Source of the DNA: the human T2T-CHM13v2.0 reference genome, Homo sapiens
Length of the DNA stretch: 64,000 nucleotides
NCBI GenBank assembly: GCA_009914755.4
Contig: CP068257.2
Location: 18,304,001-18,368,000 of the forward strand
Direction: 5' to 3'
Positions 29,386-45,552 of this stretch are shown here, piece by piece. The position numbers were made by a program, and so were the translations under genes. Each line of letters begins with the position of its first letter. Position 1 is the stretch's first letter. The notes under the pieces are model-generated. The model was not told the DNA's origin. It searched no databases and was given only the letters and a program-made list of their open reading frames with translations.

Positions 29386-30232
29386 TTGAGCTTTTGACAT
29401 CACAGGTTTTAAAATTTTAAGAGTCAAATCTAATATTCAAAAACATTTAACAAATTTATCCATTAAGTTTTGAAAACTTTTTGTAGCTTCATATATGAAT
29501 ATATTCATCGAATTAAATGTTTCCTTTCATATTTTAAAACATACTAATTATTTGTTATTGTTGATTCATTGAAATGCTACTACTTTTATATTTTGATACA
29601 ATTACTCTGCTAAATACATCTTAGTTTAAAGATTGATTTTCTTTTAGTTTCTGCATCATTATGAGATTTATATTAAAACTTTACCATTTTCTTTTCATTT
29701 TCTACTTTCTGTTACTCAATTGTTTTGTCGTATTTCTTCAGGTAAGACTTCCAGTATCCTGTAGATTATTAGTTACATTAGTGGGCAAGCTAGCACTTTG
29801 CGTATAGTAGGAAAATGACTGCATTTCCCTTCTTTAAGGATGATTTTGCTTGGATTTTTGAGAAGTTTATCAAGCTGCTATAATCTATCACATTTGGTAC
29901 GTTTTTCTTAGATGCGTTTTCTGGATCTACTGAGAGTTTTTCTTTTTTTTTTCCTATAATCAATTAATGTGGAGATTTTAAATGATAACTTAAAAATATT
30001 AACCTATTTTGCATTCCTAGGGTAAATTGTACTAGTGTAAGCTTTAAATTTTTATTTTGTAAATAATACATAGTTTTCTATATAACAAATAAGACTATCT
30101 CTATCCCGTCTATTTCCCTAAAATTAGATTTTAATAATATGTGGAACATGTACATTGTCAGGGGAAAAGTTTAGACTATAGATTTGGTTTTTGAAAGGCT
30201 ATTTTTTTGTTGGAATTTTTTTTTATTATTCA

Positions 30233-30800
30233 TAAATCACTCTTATACTCTTAATAATTGTATTAGTTTGCTGCAGCTGCATAACAAATTACCAGAAACT
30301 TACTAGGTTAAAACATCACACATTTTCTTATCTTACAGCTTCCATCAACCAGGAGTCTGTATATGCTTTACCTGGTTCCTCTGCTCAGGGTGTCCAAAGG
30401 CTGTGGTCAAGGTATGTGCGGAGGCATATTGTCAAAAGAGGTCTAACTGGGGGAAGTTAAGCTTTCAGGTTTCTTGGGTTGGTGGCAAAATTCACTTTCT
30501 TATTGGTGAATAACTTACGGCAGCTTGCTTTTTCAATGCAACTGTAGGATAGAGGATCTTTCACCTTAGGAGGGCTGCAATCCCTCTTTTAAGAACTTTA
30601 ACCTGTTTGAATTGGACCCATCCAATATAATCTCCTCTTGATTAACTCAGAATCCACTGATTTGGGACTTTGGTTACATTTGCAACATTCTCTTGCCTTT
30701 GCCCTATTCTGCTAGCTAGAAGTGACTGCTTCTACTTGACATCAGGGGAGAAGACTTTTCAAAGGTGTGGCTCATTAGGGTATATCCACCACAAAATGTG
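30233..30800 (-). mobile_element. Solo LTR, MaLR (MLT1/MST-like), antisense
   Basis: ttgtattagtttgctgcagctgcataacaaattaccagaaacttactaggttaaaacatcacacattttcttatcttacagcttc…ggtgtccaaaggctgtggtcaaggtatg… and an internal …gggctgcaatccctcttttaagaactttaacctgtttgaattggacccatccaatataatctcc… are typical MaLR LTR antisense hallmarks. Confidence 0.55.
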
Positions 30801-31079
30801 CCTTTATAAAAATGATTTGTGTAGGATATGTGCATAAGTGTCTCATTTTAATATTTCTAATACAATATATTTAAATATTTTTTCTTTGTTTCTCATCCAT
30901 CTTGCTGCGGTTGATCCATTTTATTAAAAGTTGAAAGACATAGATTATTGCTTTCATTGATATTTGACAGTTTTTACAAGAAAATCATTATATAATTATG
31001 AGAGTGCATCATTTTCCTACTCATATAAAAACAACAGTTTCCTTTGGGACTTAGAAATTACAGATGAGAGATCGGATCT

Positions 31080-32610
31080 TTTTTAAAAAATAGAATTTAT
31101 TTTTTTAGAACACTTTAAGTTTCACAGCAAAACTGGGTGGAAAATACAGATAATTCCTATATAAGACTTGCTCCTTCACATTCACAAACTTCATCATCTA
31201 CATTCAGCACAACAGGAGTGAATTTGTTACTGTTGATCAACCTACATTAACACATCATTATCATACATAGTCCATCATTTACACTAGTGTTTACTCTTGG
31301 TGTTGCATAGTCAATGTTTTTTTTTCATCAAATGTATAATGATGAGTATGCACCGCTGTAGAACCATACAGAGTAGTTGCACTGTCCTAAAATCCTCTCT
31401 GCTCTGCCTGTTCACGGCTCCTCTTTTCCCCTGAAACCACTGAGTTTCTTACTGTCTCCACAGTTTTTCCTTTTCTAGATTGTCATATCATTTGAATCAT
31501 ACAGCATGTAGCCTTTTCTGATTGCGTTATTTCACTTAGTAATTTGCATTAAAGATTCCTCCATATCTCTGCATGGCTTGTTAGCTCGTTTCTTTTTAGT
31601 GCTGAAAAATAATCCATTGTCTGGGTGTGCCAGTTTATTTGTAGCAGTTTGTTCAGCTACCAAAGGAATCTTAGTTGCCTCCAAGTTTCAACAATTATGA
31701 AAAAGTGTTCATAAATGTCCCTATGGAGGTTTATGTGTGAGCATAGTTTTTAACTCATTTGAGTAAATACTAAGTAGAGCTATTGCTAGATTGTATTGGT
31801 AAGATTGTGTCTAATTTTGTAAACTGCCAAATTATACAAATTATTCTCCAAACTTTCTATAGCATTTTTCATTTCCACCAGCAATGAATGAGAGTTCCTA
31901 TTACTCTGCATCCTCATCAGCATTTGGTATTGTGTTCTGGATTTTGGCCATTCTAATAGGCATAAAATGATATCTGATGGTTGTTTTACTTTGCCATACT
32001 CTAATGATATATGATGTTGAAGATCTTTTCATATTCTTATTTTCCATCATATTCCTTCTTTGATGAGACATCTATTTGGGTCTTTTGTCCATTTATTAAC
32101 ATCTTTGTTCCTGTTCTTGTTAAGTTTTAAAAGTTGCTTGTAGATTTTTGGAAAACAGTCGTTTATCAGATGAGTCTTTTGCAAATATTTTTTCCAGTCT
32201 GTGGCTGGTCTTTTCATTTTCTTAACATTTCATTTCCTGAGCAGTTTTGATTTTAATTAAGTTCAGATTGTCAGTGATTTATTTTACAGATTGTGCCTCT
32301 AATATTATATCTAAAAAGTCATTCCCATACCCCAGCTCATCTAGATTTTCTCTTATGTTATATTTCAGAAGTTTTACATTTTTGGTTTTACATTTAGATC
32401 TATGTTCCATTTTGAGCTCATTTTTGTGAAGCGTTTCCAGATTATTATGTTTTTCATGTGGATGCCCAGTTGTGCCAGCACCACTTGTTGAAAAGATTAT
32501 TTTTTCTTCATTGAATTATCTTTGCTCCTTTATCAAAGATGAGTTGACTATGTTTATGTGGGTCAGTTTATAGATTAATATTCTGTTCTATTGATGTAGT
32601 TGCCTAATAA
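31080..32610 (-). mobile_element. Old L1 (L1M-type) 3'UTR plus ORF2 C-terminal region, antisense, 5'-truncated
   Basis: Poly-T near 31094 is followed by antisense L1M 3'UTR (…cacagtttttccttttctagattgtcatatcatttgaatcatacagcatgtagccttttctgattgcgttatttcacttagtaatttgc…). Then ORF2 antisense (…tttccaccagcaatgaatgagagttcctattactctgcatcctcatcagcatttggtattgtg…gatgagtcttttgcaaatattttttccagtctgtggctggtcttttcattttcttaacatttcatttcctgagcag…). Confidence 0.8.
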
Positions 32611-33237
32611 AAAAAAGAGCCATCACAATATGGCACAATTTAGCCTTTACTTATGGGCACAGTTTGTGTTTTTGCAGAATGGACTCTCCATAGCAAAACT
32701 TAAAGCGTTTTTTTTTTCTTTTGGCGGGTTGTTTTTGAGTTATTAAGTGTAGATATGGTGTGTTCATTAATAATGAACTAAATGACTCTCAGGTTTCCCC
32801 GCCTCCTTGGGAATTGACACTTTTTGTGTAAACAATTTAAAAATGAACTGGGACAGGTGCAGTGGCTCATGCCTGTAATCCCAGCACTTTGAGAGGCCAA
32901 GGTGGGAGGATTGCGTTAGTACAGAAGTTCGAGACTATCCAGGGCAAGAGTGTGTGAGACTTCATCTCCTCCAAAAATAAAAACACTATACTCCAGGAAA
33001 AAAAAAAAAAAGAAAAGAAAAAGGAAAAGAAAAAGAGAAAAAGAAAAAAAATATGAATGGCAAAAGACCCAGAGTAGCCAACTTATTACTGAAGGAGAGC
33101 AAAGTTCTACTAGAATTTAAGACTTACTGTAAAACCACAATATTTAAGACAATGTGGAATTAGTAAAAGAATAGGCTATCTGTCCATGGCCATAAATAGA
33201 GGCTAAATTGTGCCACAGTGTAATGGCTCTTTTTTTA
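32611..33237. mobile_element. Unclassified TIR-bounded element (~620 bp; candidate non-autonomous DNA transposon/MITE) carrying an internal Alu monomer
   Basis: The left end is aaaaaagagccatcacaatatggcacaatttagcctttacttatgggc (32611-32657). The right end is gccataaatagaggctaaattgtgccacagtgtaatggctcttttttt (33189-33237). These two ends are reverse complements of each other at about 43/49 positions. Confidence 0.5.
32842..33060 (+). mobile_element. Alu left-monomer (FLAM-like) with a long A-rich tail
   Basis: ggacaggtgcagtggctcatgcctgtaatcccagcactttgagaggccaaggtgggaggattgcgttagtacagaagttcgagactatccagggcaagagtgtgtgagacttcatctcctccaaaaataaaaa followed by an (A)n/(GAAAA)n tail. Confidence 0.8.
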
Positions 33238-36200
33238 TTAAAATTTCTTCGATATTATAGCAAGGATGTTGCAAAGGATAAATAATGCTAAATTTTAATT
33301 TCTTTTTTTAATACTTCAAATTAGTAGTGGCAATATTTATTCAATTCAAATTATCTTTGCTTCTCAAGCTATAAATATATATTCAAGATAACCTTGTACT
33401 GAAGAGGTAACTCAAGTAACTTATACTTTTTCCACTTTACAAGTCCCCTTTCTTGGTTATAACTATTTTTAGGAGCTATTTTATTTGAGGACTTCATAAA
33501 AGTAATGTTTCTGTGAATGACTAATGAGAAATTAAAATGCTGGATACTCATGCTCTTTTATCACTATGACTCATGTAGTTAATAAAAACTGTCTTATTTT
33601 ATTTTATTGCAAACATAATGCCATCCACACAGTACTTAAGTCAATATGATTTCAATGACATCTCAAAAAAATAAAAGTCAAAGGAAACAAATATACCATA
33701 AAATACTTCTCAGAGTTTCTCATAAGTGAAAATAGAACTTCATCAATAATTGAATCAATCTTTGTTATTAAATTCAACTAAAGAATCTGTTGCATACTCC
33801 TAACTATAGCTCTTTAATAAACAATAATTTTCAATGCTTTTAGAATTGCTGAGATATCTTTTTTCCATGGTTGTTTAAAATTCACTTGGTTTAATAGTTG
33901 TTTAGCTCTTATAATATGCCAGGTACAGTTCTAAATTCTTTACAAGTACTGTCTAATCACTTAAAATAAATTCAATTTTTATATAAATGAGAAAAATAAG
34001 AACAAAATCAATTAAGTAACTTATCTACATAGTAGATCCAGGTTTCAATATCTTGATAGTCTACCTCTGACTTAAAGGAGAAATCTTTTATTTGTATACC
34101 TAAGTAAGCAACACCCCCATTGTGAACAGACTAGCCCATCTATTTGTATGCAAACTAAATCATTTCCAGTGACTTCATTTATCATAAGTTACTATGGTCT
34201 CAATAAAGTTTCCTAACTCTAATCACAGTATCTAGAAGACACTTACAATATTGTCTTACATAATTTCATTACCCTCTATTAGATATCTCTTCTTTGATTC
34301 TCTCTAAGGCTATGTGAATTTGGTGCTTTTATTTAGCTTTGATCCATATTGTTCAATGGCCCTTCTTCACCATGGGGTAATATGAATAGGATAAATGTAT
34401 CCACGAATAGGAAAAAAATATATTGTCTTTATTCCTCTAGATGTTGCCCCTAATTTGGTGTATCACAGCAATACCCAAAGATTAAGATGCAAAGTCTAGG
34501 GCAGGAGTGTCCAATCTTTTGGCTTCCATGGGCCACATTGAAGTAGAATTGTCTTAGGCCACACATAAAATACACTAACATTCCTAATGATAGCTGATGA
34601 GCTAAAAAAAAAAAAAAAAAAAATTGTGAAAAAAATTGCAAAAAAAACACCTCATAATGTTTTAAGAAAGTTCAAGAATTTGTGTAGGGTCACATTCAAA
34701 GCCATCCCGGGCTACATGTAGCCTGTGAACCACAGGTTGGACAGGCTTGGTCTAGGGTCAGGAATGCAACCCTCCTGGGGTAACTGCATATTTGCTGCTT
34801 CACCTCCTGAGGTCTATAACCTCCACTGCCCAAATACTATAAAACAGCAATTCCACTTACCTTTTATTTCTTATCTCTATTTTCCTGTTTCACATTTTTT
34901 CTCCATAGATCTTATCAAGAAGTAACATATTACATATATTTCATTGTTTATTTCCATTGTTCTATGAGTTAATCTAGCTTCTCTGAGATGCAGACAAGAT
35001 GAAATTACTCATGCAAGAGACCTGCCGGGGACAATGTCTTGGAGGGATAACAGAAGGGAACTGGGGGAGTCTGAAAAGTTGTCAGACCTTGATGCCAGTT
35101 GGCCCTGGGCAAAGGATAAAAAGAACAAAGTAAAGGATGAAGCAACTTAGCCTGCTATATAGACCTAAGAGACTTGACAAGGCTATTGTAAAGTTCTTGC
35201 ATCAAAATGTCCCATCAAAGAAGAACCATATCACCCTCCTGAATGAGATCACCTTTAACACCCTTGCCTTATTCAATCGTTGGCACAGAGAAACAACAGA
35301 AAGCATTCCCTTGGCACAAATGACTAATTTTAGAGCATAATATCTGTAATTGGCAGTTAATTACATCCCTCACAAATGGAGATCTGACAGGCATGCATCA
35401 ATTCTGTCTCTACCTATTGAAGTACAGGGGCTTCTTTATTCATTGAACTATGCTAAACACCTACAAGAGTACATGGATCACAGTAATAATCAACAAATGT
35501 ATTAGAATAAATGAATTGTCTCTGGCAAAAAAAGATGTTTGTATTTTCTCTAATGTCTTCTTGGAAATTAGTCTTCTTCCAAGAGCTACTGGTCATCTGG
35601 AATTATAGACTACCTTGGGGGATGTCTGAATCTTCTTGAAAACTTCACAATAGGGCAAGAAAAATTTTTTTAAAGGAGCTATTTGACCAGAAACCAGAGA
35701 AGTGTCCTTGCAGAACACAAATTATCCCTAACACCAGTCACTGAAAAGTAATTACACGGGGTTTCAATGGCAACTGAAACAAGATGAGTGCTGATGAGTT
35801 TCAGAATGGAATGTGAGCAATCTAGAGTTCAGAATCCTTGTGGTGTCTATGTTCTACCTCATTAAACATAGCCAGAGTTTCAAACAGTTGTATTATCAAA
35901 GTGCAATGTGCTCTATTATTTAAGAATATACAATTCTGCTAAAGATGATGAAAAATAGTAGAATGGGTAAAAATCATAGGATGTATTAAGCATACAGAGT
36001 GAGCAAGCAAATAGCTTATGAGACAAAGGAAGAATCCATAAAATTGTTACGAATAAAATATAAGTTAGCAAAGTATAATATAAAGTAAAAGATAAATAGA
36101 ATAAATGGTGTAGATAAAGGCAAAAGCAAGAGTTCTATTATGGATAGAAAGGGATGGAAGGAACCAGTAAATCTAAAATATTAATAAGCACAAATCATAC

Positions 36201-38273
36201 CCCCTTCAGTTTGACAGTGAAATTATCCCTAAATCACTCACCCATTGGTGACATTTATTATGATCCAATGTGGAACTCCTGTGTGCTCTACTGCAGAAAT
36301 GTGGTTAATAAGCATGGCTGCTCTGCAAATCACAGGCAAGGTATATTTACTGAACAGGCATACTGGCTGCACATCCTTCCAATAGAGCTAGTATACTTGG
36401 CTCCAGGCATCCTCTTTGTGCTGAATCCCCTTGCTCAAATCTCACCTTTGATTCTCATAACCACATTATCAACAGAGAAGGATGTTGTGGCAGAGAGAGA
36501 GTAAGAGACACAGGACATATGAATATTGTGTAACTCAGGGTACATTGTGGTCATTCCACCCAACATGTGCCCTATTCTAACTGTGTTAACCTATCCCATT
36601 TCTTTGCTATTGATTTATATTATTCTTTAAATTGATTCAGTAGACAATGTAATTCAAAATCTTAAGGAGATGTGTGTGACTTTCAACTCCAGGAGCTCCG
36701 TGATAGCTTGCCTCATATTTTCCTGAAGATTACCATTGCAAAATGGTGATTTTCCACCTGACACAACTTGTTCTCATTCAAAAAATTTCTCTGTAAAGTA
36801 TTACAGGTAACAGAATAACTGGAGCCAGAATTCCTCTTAGTAAGGAAACTTATGTTAGAGGAAAATAGTTGCTTAGAATAGAATGTTTAATGTAGAATCT
36901 CGTTAAATGTGGGCTTCTCTATGGCAGTTAATGGAAAGAGCTGGACACATAAGAGATGCAGCAAATTCTTTGAAAGAAAAAACCAATTCAGTAAAGAAAA
37001 TGTGATACTTACTTTAAGGGATTTCTACAGAACTATAAAGACCTAATCCTACCCAACCCAGAAGAATTAAATCTTAGGGAAGCAAAATGATGTTCATTGG
37101 AAATGGAATATAGATTCAAACTTAACTAGAGTTTAGTGACACAAAACCTTGAAGTGCTTTCAGGATTACATAAATTTCTGGTTAAAATTTAAATCTTTCA
37201 TCTGATGGAGTAGCTCATTAACTTCCAGGGAGAAGGGAAAATTATATGAAGTAGCTTACAAGATAGAGGTTCTTGGCCCAGCAAAGGTTGATAACAGTGG
37301 AGAGTGTGCTAAAGTTTTGCAGAGTTATTGATTTCCTCAGCAGACAGGTGAACTGAGTTGGGCCTATGTGACCCAGAGCTCTTTGTTCTGGCAACTCAGG
37401 CTATGAGCAACCTTTGACACATCAATTTTTGTCACGGATTATTATGTTTTCTGTGTGAGCCATGATATGAAATTGCTGGGAATCAATAATTTATGATAAT
37501 ACATTGAAAGTATCCTGAGCAATGGGGAATCCACGTGGAGTAAAGCACCAGGCTGTGGGGAATCCTCAGAGGTCATCATATTTCTTTACAACGTCCCCAA
37601 AGTGATAACTGGCAATATTTCACTTACAGTTGATAATAACTTTTAGAGGTGGATACTATTATATTGCTTATTTTATAGATGGACTAACAGAGGTCATTCA
37701 AAGACCTCTGCTGAATAACCTTTCATCTTTATAGAGGCAGCCAAACCACAATTTTTACAGGGGTAAAATGCACCCAGACAAAGGATTAGATTTTCTGAGA
37801 ATCAGTTGTGAAGACAGGTGATTGAATTTTCCAAAGATGACAAACAGTATCTCCTACAAAATATGATTTTCTGGAAATATGCCACTACTCCTCTTTAATC
37901 TGCAAAGGTTTATGTATGCGTGCAGGAAGAGGCTGCATTCAAATTATACCGTGTGATGTTCAAGTCTAGGTTAGCAAAGAACTCAGCTTCTGTGCTTTAT
38001 GTTGGATGTTTACTCCTAAGACACATCAATGAGGATGACTTCAGACTATTTCAGCCTACATCCGTCAAGTTACTCCTAGCTTTTCAGTCTGTCTAGCTGA
38101 GGCATTAATCATTTTGGAGTAGAGACAAGCCATTATTTCCACATCCTTTCTAAATTCCTGCAAACATAACAAAATGGTAGTTCTTTTATTCTACAAAGTT
38201 TGAGGTGATTAATCAGTGATAATAAATGGAGCAGAAGCTAACTATAGTCAAGTGAATAAGTTTGGGCCAATGA

Positions 38274-38638
<365 letters not shown>

Positions 38639-40496
38639 CTGGAAGTTTCTTTAAGGAAACAAATGGCTAAACTAGGTTATAGTCCCTGTCCTTCCCTTTT
38701 CTACCTTTATGCACCCTGAAATGAAGATGTAACCATCATTATTAGAGCTCCAGTTCCCATCATATAGCATTGAGGATGGAAACCTGAAGATGGCAGTAGA
38801 GATAGACATATAGGAGACTAAATTTTTGTTGACTTAATCAAGTCTTCCTAGAAATTCAGAATCGTTGGCCATTAGAATTAATCTTCGTGAGAGAAAAGTA
38901 GCCAGTATTTAAGACACTGTTATATTGGATTTTCTTGTGTGTGCTGCCAATCTTAGAAATAGTTTTTTGCATTTTAAATAAACCAAGTCACTTGCCCAAG
39001 TTAATTAGTAAAAAGCAAGGATTTGCACTCCAGTGGTCTGTCTTCAGGACCTTCAGTTTAATTACAGCATACTGCCCTGGAGGCAAAAGTGCACTTGTCA
39101 TGAATGTGAAATATTATAATGCTTTTTAAAACATCAAAAATAAAATCTATCATAATGGTAGAATTTTAAAGATATAGAGGATATAAAATATTTTATCATG
39201 GAGAAACTCTGCAGCAATTAGACTCTCTGCCACCTGCTCTTGCCATCGTCATCATCAGTCACAGAAGTAAATCTTTAATACCTGTGAAAATTTATATTAG
39301 ACTAAATATTTTTGTTATTCTATCCCATGGGTATTCAGTAAAATTGTTTTACATATTGATTTAATATTATATGTATGTAAAATCTTATAATTTATTGAAA
39401 GAAATGGTATATATTGGGGTCAAGTTTGTCCTGTTTTTTTATGGATTCAAATTCATTAAATATAGTACAGTCATATAAACAAAAAATCCTGGTTGTAAAA
39501 CCAAATTCTAAAATGAGAAACTTTTTTACGGCCCTAGGTTACAAATAATTAAGGAAACATCCAATTCGGTATAAGTGAAAAATTCATTCTTTCTGATTTT
39601 CTGTGCACTTGCACATTTGTAACTCGCTAGTTTCATTTGCAGCAGAGATATTGAAAACACATTTCAAGAGCTCCTACTGATTTGAGAAATTTATTGTACC
39701 TTAAGGGCTGTCAGAAGAAATTTGCAAATTACTACTCCAAATTATTTCAACAAGAAAACATACTGATATGTTCAGGTAATGGAAAGGGGAAAAAAGATTA
39801 ACGTAAGTGTCATAAGAAAGCTATTGTGCTGCATAAATCACAGGTAGTCAAATATGTTGTGTAAAAAGGATGCTGTGCTAAAATGCAAGAAAGAATATAT
39901 ATTATACTTTGTTTCTCATTCAACTCAGAGTACTCCTTTGATTTCGATGTTAAAATACACACTTCCACATTTTTCCATACCAAGAGTAGGGATTTAAGCC
40001 ATTTCTTTCTTCCTTAAAATACTATTTGGTGAATCAAAACCTGTTGGCTTCCATCTACGAACATATAGATATATTTCGATATACATGAAAAAATTTAGTT
40101 GAAATATTTGAAGATTCAGCAAACCCAGACAAATCAATTAAAGTAGGCATCATGTTTAATCACTAATAGTGGGATTAAATTTAGTTGTATTTTAAAGAAA
40201 TGGATCCTGTGACTAATGCTTTCTTTATAAATTTTATTGAAACAATATACTTAATTTAACCATCAATATAGTCACAGATATAATGTACTCTTCAATACAA
40301 ACAATGGAGAAAAGCATTTTTAAAGTATTTTAAAAGCTGGGATCTATTAATGGAGGAACATTGCTTTTTTAGGGAAACACCCGATAGCCTATCAAAGTGT
40401 GGAAAAAAATTGGACCTAGGCAATATGTGAATGGAAACAGCAAGCACAGAGTATTTTCTTCAGAGCTGAACTGCTTTGTTTAGGAAAATGGAAGCT

Positions 40497-41340
<844 letters not shown>

Positions 41341-41924
41341 TATTTAGTTTATTTTTCAAAAGAATTTTTTTAGGGGAAATCACACTGGTAGTGGAGGTAA
41401 TTTGTTTTTGCAGAAAGAAGTGATAATGTTGTGGGAGGATAAAAATAGTGGATTGAAAATGATTGTAGAGCATCAAAACACCCAATTTTATGTTATATTT
41501 TCTGTTGTGTTGTAATTAAAATTTTCATTATCTGTGACTTCAGTAAAGCTTCTACAGAACAAAACCTTATCACCTTATTTACTGTATGGTGCAAGATGAA
41601 GTATGTGCTTATTAACCCTCTATGTAGTTTTAAAGAATGTGAGGAAAGTGACTGAGCTCCATATGCAAATAGAAGCAAGGAGCAAGACATCAGTGAAATT
41701 GGACAGAAAGAAAAAACACAGATTTTGGGATGATTTAAACAGCTTAGAGCTATCCTCCAACCATCACTATGACTACCAAGTCTTTCAGGGATTAGCAGGG
41801 ATGCGGTGCTATAATCTGGAATAAAACAATACTAAACATCAAATAATATTTGAGTCATGTAAATTTCAAAGGTTGTATTGTTGATACAGAAACACCTGCT
41901 AGTGGAAATATTGTCAAAACTTTG

Positions 41925-41980
41925 TGTGTGTGTGTGTGTGCGCATGTGGTGTGTGTCTATGTGTGTGTGTAACAAAACAA
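41925..41980. repeat. (GT)n microsatellite, interrupted
   Basis: gtgtgtgtgtgtgtgtgcgcatgtggtgtgtgtctatgtgtgtgtgt. Confidence 0.9.
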
Positions 41981-43429
41981 CATTGAACTTTGGCAAATAG
42001 ACTTGCTTAATCCAAAAAATATATTTTAAGAAAATAATACACTGCATTAACCTTGCACATGTAAAGTGATTGTCTGCATTCCTTAATTTTTCCCAAGCAT
42101 TGTTTTCCATAAATGCAAATAAAACACTAAATCATTTTTTCCAATTGAGAATGGTAATGAAAGGATATAATATGTTTTATTATTCTAATATATTTAAATT
42201 AGGTATTTTGTTTTGGTAGTGCCTGACATCATATGTGTACCAATTTAAACGAATTATGTAGTAAGATCTTAGTGCGGCAGATAAGCTAGATAATTAAATG
42301 ATCTATTCATCTGTTTATAGGTTTATCTGTCTGAAACACAAAACTAACTCGAGAAGAGTTTCAGTAGTGGTCGTGAGATAATATTTGCACTAGATGAAAG
42401 TTGCTCACATCTTGTTCTCAGTGCAATCCTTAAGCAAAAGAATTCTGGCAAGAAAATATCCATTAAATAAACAATCTGTGTTTTTAAAATTTAATTACAA
42501 TGACAACAAAAAGCATACTTTTAGAAATAAGTCCAAAATATATGATTCCTAATTTAATGTAATTAATACTATTGTTACAATACATAAAATAAATATATTG
42601 AATACATTTTAAAGGCAGAACTAAAGGGCACATAGAAGCACACTTTCATTTCTAAAAAAAATCTTTAATAACATTGTGTAATAAAGCTTATTATTCTTGA
42701 GGAAATATATTTTGGTCTTGGGGTAGGGTTTTGTTTCTAGGAACTAATGCATATTTTACTTGAGACAATTTTTGCCAGTTTTAACTGAAATTTAAGATTA
42801 CTTCCTATCCCCAAATTGTTAGTTTGCATTAACAAGCTTCCATAGACAAGGCACACTGATTAAAAAAAAAAAAAGCTGGTGATATTTAGCCTGTAGCTTA
42901 CTAAAATTATCAAGCTTATAAAAGATATGTCACTATGTTAATTAGTTAGAATAATACAGAGCAAATTACTGTAAACACACTATCAGATGGTATTATGAAT
43001 AAGTGTTCTTGAAAGTCACTTTTATATGTAGAATTACAGAAATGACCTGCGGAGTAGGGGAGATCTAGATGGGCCATAGATAAGTTTTATAGTGATTGTA
43101 TAAGGAGCGTGATGTAAATTCCACATGAATAGAATATTATGATAAAGAAAACAGTTAAGAGTTTTGCAGCATGGGAGAAATGAGATTTGGGTCCAGTTTT
43201 GGCCTAGCAACTAACAAGATATATGTATACTCAGCAAATTAATTAAACTTTTTGAACTTTAGTATCTTTACTTTTATGCAATCTGTTTGATCTTCTAATA
43301 ACTGTATATAAGAAAAGTCACATTTCCTTATTTATCCAAATAAAATTATAATAAAATTTGAGTCTCTCTTACCTACCAGTTTGGTCAAACATCTAAAATA
43401 TCTACTCTTAGGTGTTTTATTGGTTTTTT

Positions 43430-43777
<348 letters not shown>

Positions 43778-45263
43778 TGATAGATATAATTTCTTCTTCT
43801 ATCCTTATTGATACACCATACCAGTTAAGTTATTTAAACCCTTAAGGCTTAGTAATATGATCTGCAAAATGAAGATTATAATAGCTATCTCCTGGGTTTT
43901 TTGAGACTTCTAATATGAAAAGTGAAAATGAACTGATTATTGTAGTATCTATTTTATGGCAAATGTCCAATTTAGTTTAATTAAATTTTTGAAGAGTAAG
44001 GTTTTTATGATATCATTTCAATAGGAATAGAGAATAGTTCTAATTTATTCTTAACTTGAAGTTTTGAAAAAAAAATCACTTAAAGTCCTCTTTAAGATAA
44101 TTATTCCCTTTGTTAAGGAGATTGGTTTTATTTTAATATAAAATACAATATTGGATCCTTCATTTTCTTTCGAAAGCCAAAAAAATAGTTGTGCTAACAT
44201 TACCTCAAATACATTTCTTTGTCTATAGATTATTCAAATGTGGAATATCTTTGTCAATCCAAAAAAAAAGATATTAAATAGATTGTTCTGCTTTACATTT
44301 TATTGTTTTCAATATTGTTTTAGTTAAATGGCCTTTGACTTGTGCTCATAAAACTTTTTAAAGCAAGACATTTATTTTTTGTTGATTTGCTGTCATAAAC
44401 CAAAAGTTTGACGAAGCTGCTAAAAGATTTATATAGTATATAGTTAAAGCATTCTAGAAAGACTCACAGAAACACAAAGATCTCCTTTGATAAGAGAAAC
44501 AATAAAATTACTCCATTCCGCATTCTATCACCCTTTCCGGGTCTTGTTCAAGGTAGTTCTGGTCATTGACTCACGAATTGAGTGGTTTTAGATAAAGCTG
44601 TCCTTGGTCATAAACTCTCTCAAAAAGTAATAAAGGGGGGATTTCTCTTATAGGGCATAGTGTATCTTATTTTGAGATGAAATGATGTGCAATGACCACT
44701 GACAGTCTTTTGAGTTGTGTTAAAAAAGAATAACAAAAGGCAGCTGGTTGAGGAAAAGGATAAGAATATATTAGAAAAGGATAAGTATATATTGGAAGAG
44801 AGATCCAGAGGAAAGCAGAAAACTGCACACTTCATTGCTGCAGAACACACAAAAAAGTATAGGAGCTGATGAAGAATCAGAGAGCATATGTAGGTGTGGA
44901 TGTTTAAAAAAATAGCAGTAGAGTCTTTGACACTCCTCCTGGTTAGTGTTAGGGTATATGCTTCCTCCCATTGAATCTGGGCAGACTTTTAACTGCTGTG
45001 ACTGTAATCGAGTATGGCAGAAGTGATACTAAGGCATGTCTGATGTTTTCATAGGCTGTGACAGTTGCACAGACTTTCTGTGATTTTGATGATTTTGACA
45101 TTTAAGAAGTACTGGTCAGGCAGCTTTAGAATGTCCCTCACTTGTGACCTGTCTCATATTTTTGTCATGATCAGATTAGTGTTACGGAATTTTAGGCAGA
45201 AAACCATGGAGGTAAAGTGCCATTCTCATCATGGATATTGAGGATGCACAAATATATTATTAG

Positions 45264-45552
<289 letters not shown>

